From positions 51,208-115,207 of the forward strand of contig JAUCBJ010001849.1 in assembly GCA_032718475.1 (NCBI GenBank): a DNA stretch of 64,000 nucleotides. The letters run 5' to 3'. The stretch is from Nemertoderma westbladi (taxonomy: Eukaryota; Animalia; Xenacoelomorpha). A program made the translations under genes and the position numbers. This document shows positions 49,701 to 62,460 of the stretch, in pieces (position 1 is the first letter of the stretch; each line of letters begins with the position of its first letter). The notes under the pieces are model-generated. The model searched no databases. It worked only from the letters and a program-made list of their open reading frames with translations, and had not been told where the DNA came from.

Positions 49701-52700
49701 TGCTCCTCTACTTATATGATTGGTTATATTTCAACCAATACAATGCAGTTCCATCCCAAATTCAGACTGCTCCTCTACTTATATGATTGGTTATATTTCA
49801 ACCAATACAATGCAGTTCCATCCCAAATTCAGACTGCTCCTCTACTTATATGATTGGTTATATTTCAACCAATACAATGCAGTTCCATCCCAAATTCAGA
49901 CTGCTCCTCTACTTATATGATTGGTTATATTTCAACCAATACAATGCAGTTCCATCCCAAATTCAGACTGCCCCTCTACTTATATGATTGGTTATATTTC
50001 AACCAATACAATGCAGTTCCATCCCAAATTCAGACTGCTCCTCTACTTATATGATTGGTTATATTTCAACCAATACAATGCAGTTCCATCCCAAATTCAG
50101 ACTGCTCCTCTACTTATATGATTGGTTATATTTCAACCAATACAATGCAGTTCCATCCCAAATTCAGACTGCCCCTCTACTTATATGATTGGTTATATTT
50201 CAACCAATACAATGCAGTTCCATCCCAAATTCAGACTGCCCCTCTACTTATATGATTGGTTATATTTCAACCAATACAATGCAGTTCCATCCCAAATTCA
50301 GACTGCTCCTCTACTTATATGATTGGTTATATTTCAACCAATACAATGCAGTTCCATCCCAAATTCAGACTGCCCCTCTACTTATATGATTGGTTATATT
50401 TCAACCAATACAATGCAGTTCCATCCCAAATTCAGACTGCCCCTCTACTTATATGATTGGTTATATTTCAACCAATACAATGCAGTTCCATCCCAAATTC
50501 AGACTGCTCCTCTACTTATATGATTGGTTATATTTCAACCAATACAATGCAGTTCCATCCCAAATTCAGACTGCTCCTCTACTTATATGATTGGTTATAT
50601 TTCAACCAATACAATGCAGTTCCATCCCAAATTCAGACTGCTCCTCTACTTATATGATTGGTTATATTTCAACCAATACAATGCAGTTCCATCCCAAATT
50701 CAGACTGCTCCTCTACTTATATGATTGGTTATATTTCAACCAATACAATGCAGTTCCATCCCAAATTCAGACTGCCCCTCTACTTATATGATTGGTTATA
50801 TTTCAACCAATACAATGCAGTTCCATCCCAAATTCAGACTGCTCCTCTACTTATATGATTGGTTATATTTCAACCAATACAATGCAGTTCCATCCCAAAT
50901 TCAGACTGCCCCTCTACTTATATGATTGGTTATATTTCAACCAATACAATGCAGTTCCATCCCAAATTCAGACTGCTCCTCTACTTATATGATTGGTTAT
51001 ATTTCAACCAATACAATGCAGTTCCATCCCAAATTCAGACTGCCCCTCTACTTATATGATTGGTTATATTTCAACCAATACAATGCAGTTCCATCCCAAA
51101 TTCAGACTGCCCCTCTACTTATATGATTGGTTATATTTCAACCAATACAATGCAGTTCCATCCCAAATTCAGACTGCTCCTCTACTTATATGATTGGTTA
51201 TATTTCAACCAATACAATGCAGTTCCATCCCAAATTCAGACTGCCCCTCTACTTATATGATTGGTTATATTTCAACCAATACAATGCAGTTCCATCCCAA
51301 ATTCAGACTGCCCCTCTACTTATATGATTGGTTATATTTCAACCAATACAATGCAGTTCCATCCCAAATTCAGACTGCTCCTCTACTTATATGATTGGTT
51401 ATATTTCAACCAATACAATGCAGTTCCATCCCAAATTCAGACTGCCCCTCTACTTATATGATTGGTTATATTTCAACCAATACAATGCAGTTCCATCCCA
51501 AATTCAGACTGCCCCTCTACTTATATGATTGGTTATATTTCAACCAATACAATGCAGTTCCATCCCAAATTCAGACTGCCCCTCTACTTATATGATTGGT
51601 TATATTTCAACCAATACAATGCAGTTCCATCCCAAATTCAGACTGCTCCTCTACTTATATGATTGGTTATATTTCAACCAATACAATGCAGTTCCATCCC
51701 AAATTCAGACTGCTCCTCTACTTATATGATTGGTTATATTTCAACCATTACAATGCAGTTCCATCCCAAATTCAGACTGCCCCTCTACTTATATGATTGG
51801 TTATATTTCAACCATTACAATGCAATTCCATCCCAAATTCAGACTGCCCCTCTACTTATATGATTGGTTATATTTCAACCAATACAATGCAGTTCCATCC
51901 CAAATTCAGACTGCTCCTCTACTTATATGATTGGTTATATTTCAACCAATACAATGCAGTTCCATCCCAAATTCAGACTGCCCCTCTACTTATATGATTG
52001 GTTATATTTCAACCAATACAATGCAGTTCTATCCCAAATTCAGACTGCCCCTCTACTTATATGATTGGTTATATTTCAACCATTACAATGCAATTCCATC
52101 CCAAATTCAGACTGCCCCTCTACTTATATGATTGGTTATATTTCAACCATTACAATGCAATTCCATCCCAAATTCAGACTGCCCCTCTACTTATATGATT
52201 GGTTATATTTCAACCAATACAATGCAGTTCCATCCCAAATTCAGACTGCTCCTCTACTTATATGATTGGTTATATTTCAACCAATACAATGCAGTTCCAT
52301 CCCAAATTCAGACTGCTCCTCTACTTATATGATTGGTTATATTTCAACCAATACAATGCAGTTCCATCCCAAATTCAGACTGCTCCTCTACTTATATGAT
52401 TGGTTATATTTCAACCAATACAATGCAGTTCCATCCCAAATTCAGACTGCCCCTCTACTTATATGATTGGTTATATTTCAACCAATACAATGCAGTTCCA
52501 TCCCAAATTCAGACTGCCCCTCTACTTATATGATTGGTTATATTTCAACCAATACAATGCAGTTCCATCCCAAATTCAGACTGCCCCTCTACTTATATGA
52601 TTGGTTATATTTCAACCAATACAATGCAGTTCCATCCCAAATTCAGACTGCTCCTCTACTTATATGATTGGTTATATTTCAACCAATACAATGCAGTTCC

Positions 52701-55351
52701 ATCCCAAATTCAGACTGCCCCTCTACTTATATGATTGGTTATATTTCAACCAATACAATGCAGTTCCATCCCAAATTTAGACTGCCCCTCTACTTATATG
52801 ATTGGTTATATTTCAACCAATACAATGCAGTTCTATCCCAAATTCAGACTGCCCCTCTACTTATATGATTGGTTATATTTCAACCAATACAATGCAATTC
52901 CATCCCAAATTCAGACTGCCCCTCTACTTATATGATTGGTTATATTTCAACCAATACAATGCAGTTCCATCCCAAATTCAGACTGCCCCTCTACTTATAT
53001 GATTGGTTATATTTCAACCAATACAATGCAGTTCCATCCCAAATTCAGACTGCTCCTCTACTTATATGATTGGTTATATTTCAACCAATACAATGCAGTT
53101 CCATCCCAAATTCAGACTGCCCCTCTACTTATATGATTGGTTATATTTCAACCAATACAATGCAGTTCCATCCCAAATTCAGACTGCCCCTCTACTTATA
53201 TGATTGGTTATATTTCTGCCAATACAATGCAGTTCCATCCCAAATTCAGACTGCTCCTCTACTTATATGATTGGTTATATTTCAACCAATACAATGCAGT
53301 TCCATCCCAAATTCAGACTGCTCCTCTACTTATATGATTGGTTATATTTCAACCAATACAATGCAGTTCCATCCCAAATTCAGACTGCTCCTCTACTTAT
53401 ATGATTGGTTATATTTCAACCAATACAATGCAGTTCCATCCCAAATTCAGACTGCTCCTCTACTTATATGATTGGTTATATTTCAACCAATACAATGCAG
53501 TTCCATCCCAAATTCAGACTGCCCCTCTACTTATATGATTGGTTATATTTCAACCAATACAATGCAGTTCCATCCCAAATTCAGACTGCTCCTCTACTTA
53601 TATGATTGGTTATATTTCAACCAATACAATGCAGTTCCATCCCAAATTCAGACTGCTCCTCTACTTATATGATTGGTTATATTTCAACCAATACAATGCA
53701 GTTCCATCCCAAATTCAGACTGCCCCTCTACTTATATGATTGGTTATATTTCAACCAATACAATGCAGTTCCATCCCAAATTCAGACTGCTCCTCTACTT
53801 ATATGATTGGTTATATTTCAACCAATACAATGCAGTTCCATCCCAAATTCAGACTGCCCCTCTACTTATATGATTGGTTATATTTCAACCAATACAATGC
53901 AGTTCCATCCCAAATTCAGACTGCTCCTCTACTTATATGATTGGTTATATTTCAACCAATACAATGCAGTTCTATCCCAAATTCAGACTGCCCCTCTACT
54001 TATATGATTGGTTATATTTCAACCAATACAATGCAGTTCCATCCCAAATTCAGACTGCTCCTCTACTTATATGATTGGTTATATTTCAACCATTACAATG
54101 CAGGTCCATCCCAAATTCAGACTGCTCCTCTACTTATATGATTGGTTATATTTCAACCAATACAATGCAGTTCCATCCCAAATTCAGACTGCTCCTCTAC
54201 TTATATGATTGGTTATATTTCAACCAATACAATGCAGTTCCATCCCAAATTCAGACTGCTCCTCTACTTATATGATTGGTTATATTTCAACCAATACAAT
54301 GCAGTTCTATCCCAAATTCAGACTGCCCCTCTACTTATATGATTGGTTATATTTCAACCAATACAATGCAGTTCCATCCCAAATTCAGACTGCTCCTCTA
54401 CTTATATGATTGGTTATATTTCAACCATTACAATGCAGGTCCATCCCAAATTCAGACTGCTCCTCTACTTATATGATTGGTTATATTTCAACCAATACAA
54501 TGCAGTTCCATCCCAAATTCAGACTGCCGCTCTACTTATATGATTGGTTATATTTCTACCAATACAATGCAGTTCCATCCCAAATTCAGACTGCTCCTCT
54601 ACTTATATGATTGGTTATATTTCAACCAATACAATGCAGTTCCATCCCAAATTCAGACTGCACCTCTACTTATATGATTGGTTATATTTCAACCAATACA
54701 ATGCAGTTCCATCCCAAATTCAGACTGCTCCTCTACTTATATGATTGGTTATATTTCAACCAATACAATGCAGTTCCATCCCAAATTCAGACTGCCCCTC
54801 TACTTATATGATTGGTTATATTTCAACCAATACAATGCAGTTCCATCCCAAATTCAGACTGCACCTCTACTTATATGATTGGTTATATTTCAACCAATAC
54901 AATGCAGTTCCATCCCAAATTCAGACTGCCCCTCTACTTATATGATTGGTTATATTTCAACCAATACAATGCAGTTCCATCCCAAATTCAGACTGCCCCT
55001 CTACTTATATGATTGGTTATATTTCAACCAATACAATGCAGTTCCATCCCAAATTCAGACTGCTCCTCTACTTATATGATTGGTTATATTTCAACCAATA
55101 CAATGCAGTTCCATCCCAAATTCAGACTGCTCCTCTACTTATATGATTGGTTATATTTCAACCAATACAATGCAGTTCCATCCCAAATTCAGACTGCCCC
55201 TCTACTTATATGATTGGTTATATTTCAACCAATACAATGCAGTTCCATCCCAAATTCAGACTGCCCCTCTACTTATATGATTGGTTATATTTCAACCAAT
55301 ACAATGCAGTTCCATCCCAAATTCAGACTGCTCCTCTACTTATATGATTGG
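28755..55351. repeat. Satellite array, 67-bp unit, ~397 copies (26.6 kb), intronic
   Basis: Unit TTATATTTCAACCAATACAATGCAGTTCCATCCCAAATTCAGACTGC(T/C)CCTCTACTTATATGATTGG. The ORF track repeats every 67 bp; only two 1-bp deletions are evident (~31817 and ~35233). Confidence 0.99.
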
Positions 55352-56330
55352 GTTAGACAACACATCGCATTAACTCCGATCATTTAATATTTTCCATTGG
55401 TAATAAATCAACTTATGGTAGTCCTACTACATTGGTATTGGGCTCATTCGAACGACAATGATTGATTTAGTGGGGGTTGGAAACACAGTGTGCCTTATTA
55501 CTGTCTGTAATCATATGAGGTACAGTCCAACTGTCACCGACATTAGGCCTACAGCAGACCCACCCTTATCAACAGGTACTGAAATAAGGCACTCATTTTG
55601 CTAGAACATTGCTTATTTATGTTTAGCCCAACTGCTTTCTGTTATTAAACTGATTTTAGAATTACAGGCTATATAAAAATATACAATATTTATATGAAGA
55701 TATGAGATGTCAGACCCTCATTAAGTAATAATTGTAATCAGCAGCCAACAATACGTGAAGCTGTGATAGCGATAAATTCATACTCTTCTACATAAAGAAG
55801 TTCTAAACAAAACAAAACCATCCTATTTATCGATATAGTCTTTCGTTAGAAAACTTGTGGCAAATAGCCTTTTCTTCAGAAAATGTAATAACATAGATAA
55901 AATAAATAATAAAATAAAAAAAATCAATCAATCAATCTTACAATAAGATGTAATTAATTAATAAAGGATTCAACAATAAACCTTTTACAATAACTCTTTA
56001 TATATTTGTTTGCATTTAAACTATTATTTCAACGACTTTACGTAAATAATGTCAGCTTTGGTCTCTCATATCCTTGGTAACCGACAATGGCCCAGACGCC
56101 CAGTATGGAGCGAGCCACGTAGTCAGCCTGCCTTGGAATACGGTGCATATAGGGAAAATAATTAAATCAGTTACCCATCCCATATCGTCGGCCTCTAGAT
56201 GGTAACTTATTAGGGAACATCCCCCTAGATTTGTCCGAGTTGACACTTAACATAAGTTCATGCCACGTGTTGCGCGAAGGCCCCACTTATTATTCTTATA
56301 CATACAGTAGATAATTATTATAACAATAAC

Positions 56331-56481
56331 CTGTAGCAGTTTGAGAAGGTCGATCATTGTAGTGGGGGGTTTCGTGTTGGCGACGTCGAGAGATCGAACG
56401 TAACATTCGTTGGTATCGAAATCGCGGTAAGCTGTGAGTTCGCGGTTAAAGTCGTGCCAAATCCAGACGTGGTCGCCGTTG
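56331..56481 (-). CDS. ITM2/BRI2-like gene exon (first half of the BRICHOS domain)
   Basis: ttgttacag|C...CTACAG|gttatt, 151 bp, phase 2 to 0. Encodes NGDHVWIWHDFNRELTAYRDFDTNECYVRSLDVANTKPPTTMIDLLKLLQ, with the BRICHOS hallmark HDF...TAY.D.....CYV...PP. Confidence 0.92.
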
Positions 56482-56789
56482 CTGTAACAATAATCATAAG
56501 ACATAGGTTAGATGGGGCGTCTGAGACTGCATTGGGAGTATGTGATAGTGCGGTCAGTAACAGGATATAGAAAGACCAAAACCGTCCCATTACTAGTTCA
56601 GGGGAACTCCGGTAGGGGGCGTATTAAGTAACTCCGATATTACTAGGACACATTGCCCAGACATATTTAGTTAGAGCCCCCTAGCGGAGGCCATTGAACA
56701 TTGGGAACTAACCAGACTTAGAAAACTTAGTAAAGTCTAGGAGGTCATTAAAGCAGGAATTGATAAATGGCTCGCCCCACCGACCTAAC

Positions 56790-56958
56790 CTGATATCTGG
56801 CGGCTGAACATCGATCTTCTCTAGATCATCGCTCACTTCGAAATGCTCGACGAAGTAGTTCTGGAACGGAGATCCAAGGCCCAGGATCCAGTCCTCAGGG
56901 TAATAGTCCTCCGACTGTACTTTACCGTCGGGGAGTGAAACCATCTTACCGTAGACGT
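56790..56958 (-). CDS. ITM2/BRI2-like gene exon (luminal linker)
   Basis: tttatcgcag|AC...ATCAG|gttagg, 169 bp, phase 1 to 2. Ends ...FVEHFEVSDDLEKIDVQPPDI, comparable to the ITM2 E.I.VP.P motif. Confidence 0.8.
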
Positions 56959-57014
56959 CTGCGATAAAACATATATAACTTAATAATTGTGGAAGTCGAA
57001 TCCAGTAGAACATC

Positions 57015-57152
57015 TGGGATCCATCGAACCAAGATGGGACCAAGATCCATCGCGGTGGATCCCAGATCCATCACCATGGATCCCAGATCCATCTCCGTAA
57101 ATCCCAGATCCATCTCCGTGGATCCCAGATCCATGTGTATTCTAGTGGATCC
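57015..57152. repeat. Short degenerate 21-bp tandem repeat GGATCCCAGATCCATCTCCGT, ~6 copies
   Basis: Visible directly; lies just upstream (on the - strand) of the 56958 acceptor. Confidence 0.85.
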
Positions 57153-57293
57153 TACAACCAACCTCCTTCAGGGATGCTGATGTTATATAATATGTGCGCT
57201 TCAATGTACCAATATTATCATTGTGCTGCATTATACTTTAAGCCATGTGTGCATTATTAATATATAATAGGGCCTTTTTTTATTATTTTTATC

Positions 57294-59953
57294 GCGCTCG
57301 CAGTCCTTCTCAACTGCTAACGGTTGGGGAAGAACGTGAGGCGCTCGCAGTCCTTCTCAACTGCTAATGGTTGGGGAAGAACGTGAGGCGCTCGCAGTCC
57401 TTCTCAACTGCTAACGGTTGGGGAAGAACGTGATGCGCTCGCAGTCCTTCTCAACTGCTAACGGTTGGGGAAGAACGTGAGGCGCTCGCAGTTCTTCTCA
57501 ACTGCTAACGGTTGGGGAAGAACGTGAGGCGCTCGCAGTCCTTCTCAACTGCTAACGGTTGGGGAAGAACGTGAGGCGCTCGCAGTCCTTCTCAACTGCT
57601 AACGGTTGGGGAAGAACGTGAGGCGCTCGCAGTCCTTCTCAACTGCTAACGGTTGGGGAAGAACGTGAGGCGCTCGCAGTCCTTCTCAACTGCTAACGGT
57701 TGAGGAAGAACGTGAGGCGCTCGCAGTCCTTCTCAACTGCTAACGGTTGGGGAAGAACGTGAGGCGCTCGCAGTCCTTCTCAACTGCTAACGGTTGAGGA
57801 AGAACGTGAGGCGCTCGCAGTCCTTCTCAACTGCTAACGGTTGGGGAAGAACGTGAGGTGCTCGCCGTCCTTCTCAACTGCTAACGGTTGGGGAAGAACG
57901 AGAGGCGCTCGCAGTCCTTCTCAACTGCTAACGGTTGGGGAAGAACGTGAGGCGCTCGCAGTCCTTCTCAACTGCTAACGGTTGGGGAAGAACGTGAGGC
58001 GCTCGCAGTCCTTCTCAACTGCTAACGGTTGGGGAAGAACGTGAGGCGCTCGCAGTCCTTCTCAACTGCTAACGGTTGGGGAAGAACGTGAGGCGCTCGC
58101 AGTCCTTCTCAACTGCTAACGGTTGGGGAAGAACGTGAGGCGCTCGCAGTCCTTCTCAACTGCTAACGGTTGAGGAAGAACGTGAGGCGCTCGCAGTCCT
58201 TCTCAACTGCTAACGGTTGGGGAAGAACGTGAGGCGCTCGCAGTCCTTCTCAACTGCTAACGGTTGGGGAAGAACGTGAGGCGCTCGCAGTCCTTCTCAA
58301 CTGCTAACGGTTGGGGAAGAACGTGAGGCGCTCGCAGTCCTTCTCAACTGCTAACGGTTGGGGAAGAACGTGAGGCGCTCGCAGTCCTTCTCAACTGCTA
58401 ACGGTTGGGGAAGAACGTGAGGCGCTCGCAGTCCTTCTCAACTGCTAACGGTTGAGGAAGAACGTGAGGCGCTCGCAGTCCTTCTCAACTGCTAACGGTT
58501 GGGGAAGAACGTGAGGCGCTCGCAGTCCTTCTCAACTGCTAACGGTTGGGGAAGAACGTGAGGCGCTCGCAGTCCTTCTCAACTGCTAACGGTTGAGGAA
58601 GAACGTGAGGCGCTCGCAGTCCTTCTCAACTGCTAACGGTTGAGGAAGAACGTGAGGCGCTCGCAGTCCTTCTCAACTGCTAACGGTTGGGGAAGAACGT
58701 GAGGCGCTCGCAGTCCTTCTCAACTGCTAACGGTTGGGGAAGAACGTGAGGCGCTCGCAGTCCTTCTCAACTGCTAACGGTTGGGGAAGAACGTGAGGCG
58801 CTCGCAGTCCTTCTCAACTGCTAACGGTTGGGGAAGAACGTGAGGCGCTCGCAGTCCTTCTCAACTGCTAACGGTTGGGGAAGAACGTGAGGCGCTCGCA
58901 GTCCTTATCAACTGCTAACGGTTGGGGAAGAACGTGAGGCGCTCGCAGTCCTTCTCAACTGCTAACGGTTGGGGAAGAACGTGAGGCGCTCGCAGTCCTT
59001 CTCAACTGCTAACGATTGGGGAAGAACGTGAGGCGCTCGCAGTCCTTCTCAACTGCTAACGGTTGGGGAAGAACGTGAGGCGCTCGCAGTCCTTCTCAAC
59101 TGCTAACGGTTGGGGAAGAACGTGAGGCGCTCGCAGTCCTTCTCAACTGCTAACGGTTGAGGAAGAACGTGAGACGCTCGCAGTCCCTCTCAACTGCTAA
59201 AGGTTGAGGAAGAACGTGAGGCGCTCGCAGTCCTTCTCAACTGCTAACGGTTGGGGAAGAACGTGAGGCGCTCGCAGTCCTTCTCAACTGCTAACGGTTG
59301 GGGAAGAACGTGATGCGCTCGCAGTCCTTCTCAACTGCTAACGGTTGGGGAAGAACGTGAGGCGCTCGCAGTTCTTCTCAACTGCTAACGGTTGGGGAAG
59401 AACGTGAGGCGCTCGCAGTCCTTCTCAACTGCTAACGGTTGGGGAAGAACGTGAGGCGCTCGCAGTCCTTCTCAACTGCTAACGGTTGGGGAAGAACGTG
59501 AGGCGCTCGCAGTCCTTCTCAACTGCTAACAGTTGGGGAAGAACGTGAGGCGCTCGCAGTCCTTCTCAACTGCTAACGGTTGGGGAAGAACGTGAGGCGC
59601 TCGCAGTCCTTCTCAACTGCTAACGGTTGGGGAAGAACGTGAGGCGCTCGCAGTCCTTCTCAACTGCTAACGGTTGGGGAAGAACGTGATGCGCTCGCAG
59701 TCCTTCTCAACTGCTAACGGTTGGGGAAGAACGTGAGGCGCTCGCAGTTCTTCTCAACTGCTAACGGTTGGGGAAGAACGTGAGGCGCTCGCAGTTCTTC
59801 TCAACTGCTAACGGTTGGGGAAGAACGTGAGGCGCTCGCAGTCCTTCTCAACTGCTAACGGTTGGGGAAGAACGTGAGGCGCTCGCAGTTCTTCTCAACT
59901 GCTAACGGTTGGGGAAGAACGTGGGGCGCTCGCAGTCCTTCTCAACTGCTAAC
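57294..59953. repeat. Minisatellite, 47-bp unit GCGCTCGCAGTCCTTCTCAACTGCTAACGGTTGGGGAAGAACGTGAG, ~56 copies, intronic
   Basis: Visible homogeneous tandem array; the unit contains an imperfect inverted repeat. Confidence 0.98.
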
Positions 59954-60207
59954 AGATTTTGGAAGGCACTTGTCGGAATGGGCCTTTATATTATTATTTT
60001 TGGATTTCACTTTATTACGTAATAATCATCACTTCCCATTGGTTAAAATGTTCAAAACTTCACCAGCTGTTAGATCATGTCTTAAAGTGTGGAATTGTAT
60101 TAAAAAAGTAAAACCCGACAAAAATCGACTTAGGGTCTTATAACACATAAGCTACGATATATTACTATACAATTAATTATTATATCAAATATATTAAATA
60201 TATATGT

Positions 60208-61046
60208 GGTCCATGGTTCCAGGGATGGAGGCCTTCAGACAGGACGGGGTCCATGGTTCCGGGGATGGAGGCCGTCAGACAGGGCGGGGTACATGGTTCC
60301 GAGGATGGAGACAGTCAGACAGGGCGAGGTCCATGGTTCCGGGGATGGAGGCCTTCAGACAGGGTGGGGTCCATGGTTCTGGGGATGGAGGCCTTCAGAC
60401 AGGCCGGGATCCATGGTTCCGAGGATGGAGACAGTCAGACAGGACGGGGTCCATGGTTCCGGGGATGGAGACAGTCAGACAGGGCGGGGTCCATGGTTAT
60501 TGGGATGGAGGCCGTCAGACAGGGCAGGGTCCATGGTTCCGGGGATGGAGACAGTCAGACAGGGTGAGGTCCATGGTTCCAGGGATGGAGACAGTCAGAC
60601 AGGGCAGGGTCCACGGTTATTGGGATGGAGGCCGTCAGACAGGGCAGGGTCCATGGTTCCGGGGATGGAGACAGTCAGACAGGGCGGGGTCGATGGTTCC
60701 GGGGATGGAGGCAGTCAGACAGGGCGGGGTCCATGGTTCCGGGGATGGAGGCCGTCAGACAGGGCGGGGTCCATGGTTCCGGGGATGGAGGCCGTCAGAC
60801 GGGGCGGGGTCCATGGTTCCGGGGATGGAGGCCGTCAGACAGGGCGGGGTCCATGGTTCCGGGGATGGAGGCCGTCAGACAGGGCGGGGTCCATGGTTCC
60901 GGGGATGGAGGCCGTCAGACAGGGCAGGGTCCATGGTTCCGGGGTTGGAGGCAGTCAGACAGGGCGAGGTCCATGTTTCTTGGGATGGAGACAGTCAGAC
61001 AGGGCGGGTCCATGGTTCCGGGGATGGAGGCAGTCAGACAGGGCGG
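60208..61046. repeat. G-rich minisatellite, 40-bp unit GGTCCATGGTTCCGGGGATGGAGGCCGTCAGACAGGGCGG, ~21 copies, intronic
   Basis: Visible tandem array; three units per 120 bp. Confidence 0.96.
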
Positions 61047-61220
61047 TGCTCGGTCCATTTAGGAGCATGTTCGCACTTTTAAAAATATATGGTGGTTTCT
61101 TACAACCCTAAAATAAACCACAGAATTGGAGCTGTGCTTAATAAGTTAAAAACAACTAAAAAGGAAACAAATGTATTTTAGATAAACTTAATAATTTGAA
61201 TTCCGGTGTGTTAGACCAAC

Positions 61221-61436
61221 CTTCATCGCCGAATCGAACGCGACATACAGAGGAGTACCTGTTGCGATGCCAATGTCGGTAAATAAGGAACCCGGAGAGA
61301 CACATAACGATAACAATGAGGGCGCTGAGTCCCAGAAGAATTGTTAGAGCACATCGGAAGTTCTTACTAGCGCGGTTCGCCCGGGCTATGATCACCCCAG
61401 CTGGGGTGCTCTGGGAACGCGGAGTTGGTGGGCATT
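61221..61436 (-). CDS. ITM2/BRI2-like gene exon containing the type II transmembrane helix
   Basis: atctttcag|AA...GAAG|gttggt, 216 bp, phase 1 to 1. Encodes ...RASKNFRCALTILLGLSALIVIVMCLSGFLIYRHWHRNRYSSVCRVRFGDE (TM helix, IYR, then C.V.F as in ITM2). The upstream start exon was not identified. Confidence 0.82.
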
Positions 61437-62030
61437 CTGAAAGATAATTTATTTCTTATTATATAAACCGACCAGACCCTCACGCTCACCTCTACCTACA
61501 GTTTTCTAATATTCCCGGAAGCAGGACAATTCGGCTCCATTGATAGGCCTATTCGGGTTGTGGACCTACATGCAACAATCACACACAGATTTTCCTACTT
61601 AGGTGCTGAGACACGGCAGCCATCGGATAATTCGTATCTGCCTGGTGCTGGGCTGGTTTTAGCAATTTCAATACAGGAGAACCCTGTATTCACATCATAT
61701 TATAGGCCGGGATTAACGTGTTTGGAGGCCTCCGCATAATATAAGTAACACACGTCATAAACCAATTTAGGGAAAGGAGCAGGTACAAAGGAAGGGTTTT
61801 CTAACCAAAAGAAAAACGGCCACTTTACCAATTGAGGGAAAGGAGTAGGTTACAGAAGCGGGCTTTTCTAAGCAAAACAATAAACGATCACACACAGTCG
61901 TAGTGAAAAATACACAACAAGGTAAGCAGTTTCTGAGTTTGATAACATAAAACTGTAAAACAATAATGCAGAAATGGTCCAACGGTCTACACTGCAAAGT
62001 ACTACAGTAGCGGTCCTGTAGCACACTGTA

Positions 62031-62460
62031 TGTGGGGCGAGCCACGAAGTGAGTGAGCCTTAGCGTAGTGGTACCATTAATCAACCTGTCGTTCTGTCGT
62101 TCTGTCGTTCTGTCGTGTTCAATTTTAAACGTTAATAACTCGGCCAATCTTTGATGAAATCTATCCAAACTTGGTACACATGTTGTTTGGCAAAAGTTTA
62201 GAAATTTTCCAAGTAGAATTTCCGTGTGGCCTTCGAGAAGCTAAGATAATAGCAGTTAATTAGTTAATTAAGTTGATTACGGTAAAAACACCATTTTCAA
62301 CCTGCCTTTTAAAGGAAATTAATTGTTTTACAGTATAAGACTTCAATAATTATACTTAAAAAATATACAGATGTAATCCGCATACTCCATTCTATTATAG
62401 TTTTTAATTAGTTCAAGTGATTTGCTTTAATAATCGTGTCTTTAATTGATCTAAAGTAAT
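62031..62460 (-). mobile_element. Dispersed non-autonomous element (Helentron/HINE-like), may extend to the family terminus at ~63975-63997
   Basis: Reverse-complement match to 18850-19252. Begins TGTGGGGCGAGCCACGAAG, the reverse complement of the 20479-20497 terminus. Contains a (CTGTCGTT)n micro-repeat near that end. Confidence 0.72.

Noticed and set aside
28818-55347. About 390 near-identical 66-aa ORFs resembling a tandem gene array
   Set aside because: A 67-bp unit cycles through three frames every 201 bp; the starts are TTG and the ORFs overlap each other.
20780-59953. CRISPR-like appearance of the regular arrays
   Set aside because: No unique spacers between repeats, no cas genes, and a eukaryotic context.
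60204-61111. 292-301 aa Gly/Arg-rich ORFs
   Set aside because: Translations of the 40-bp minisatellite, lying antisense within an intron.
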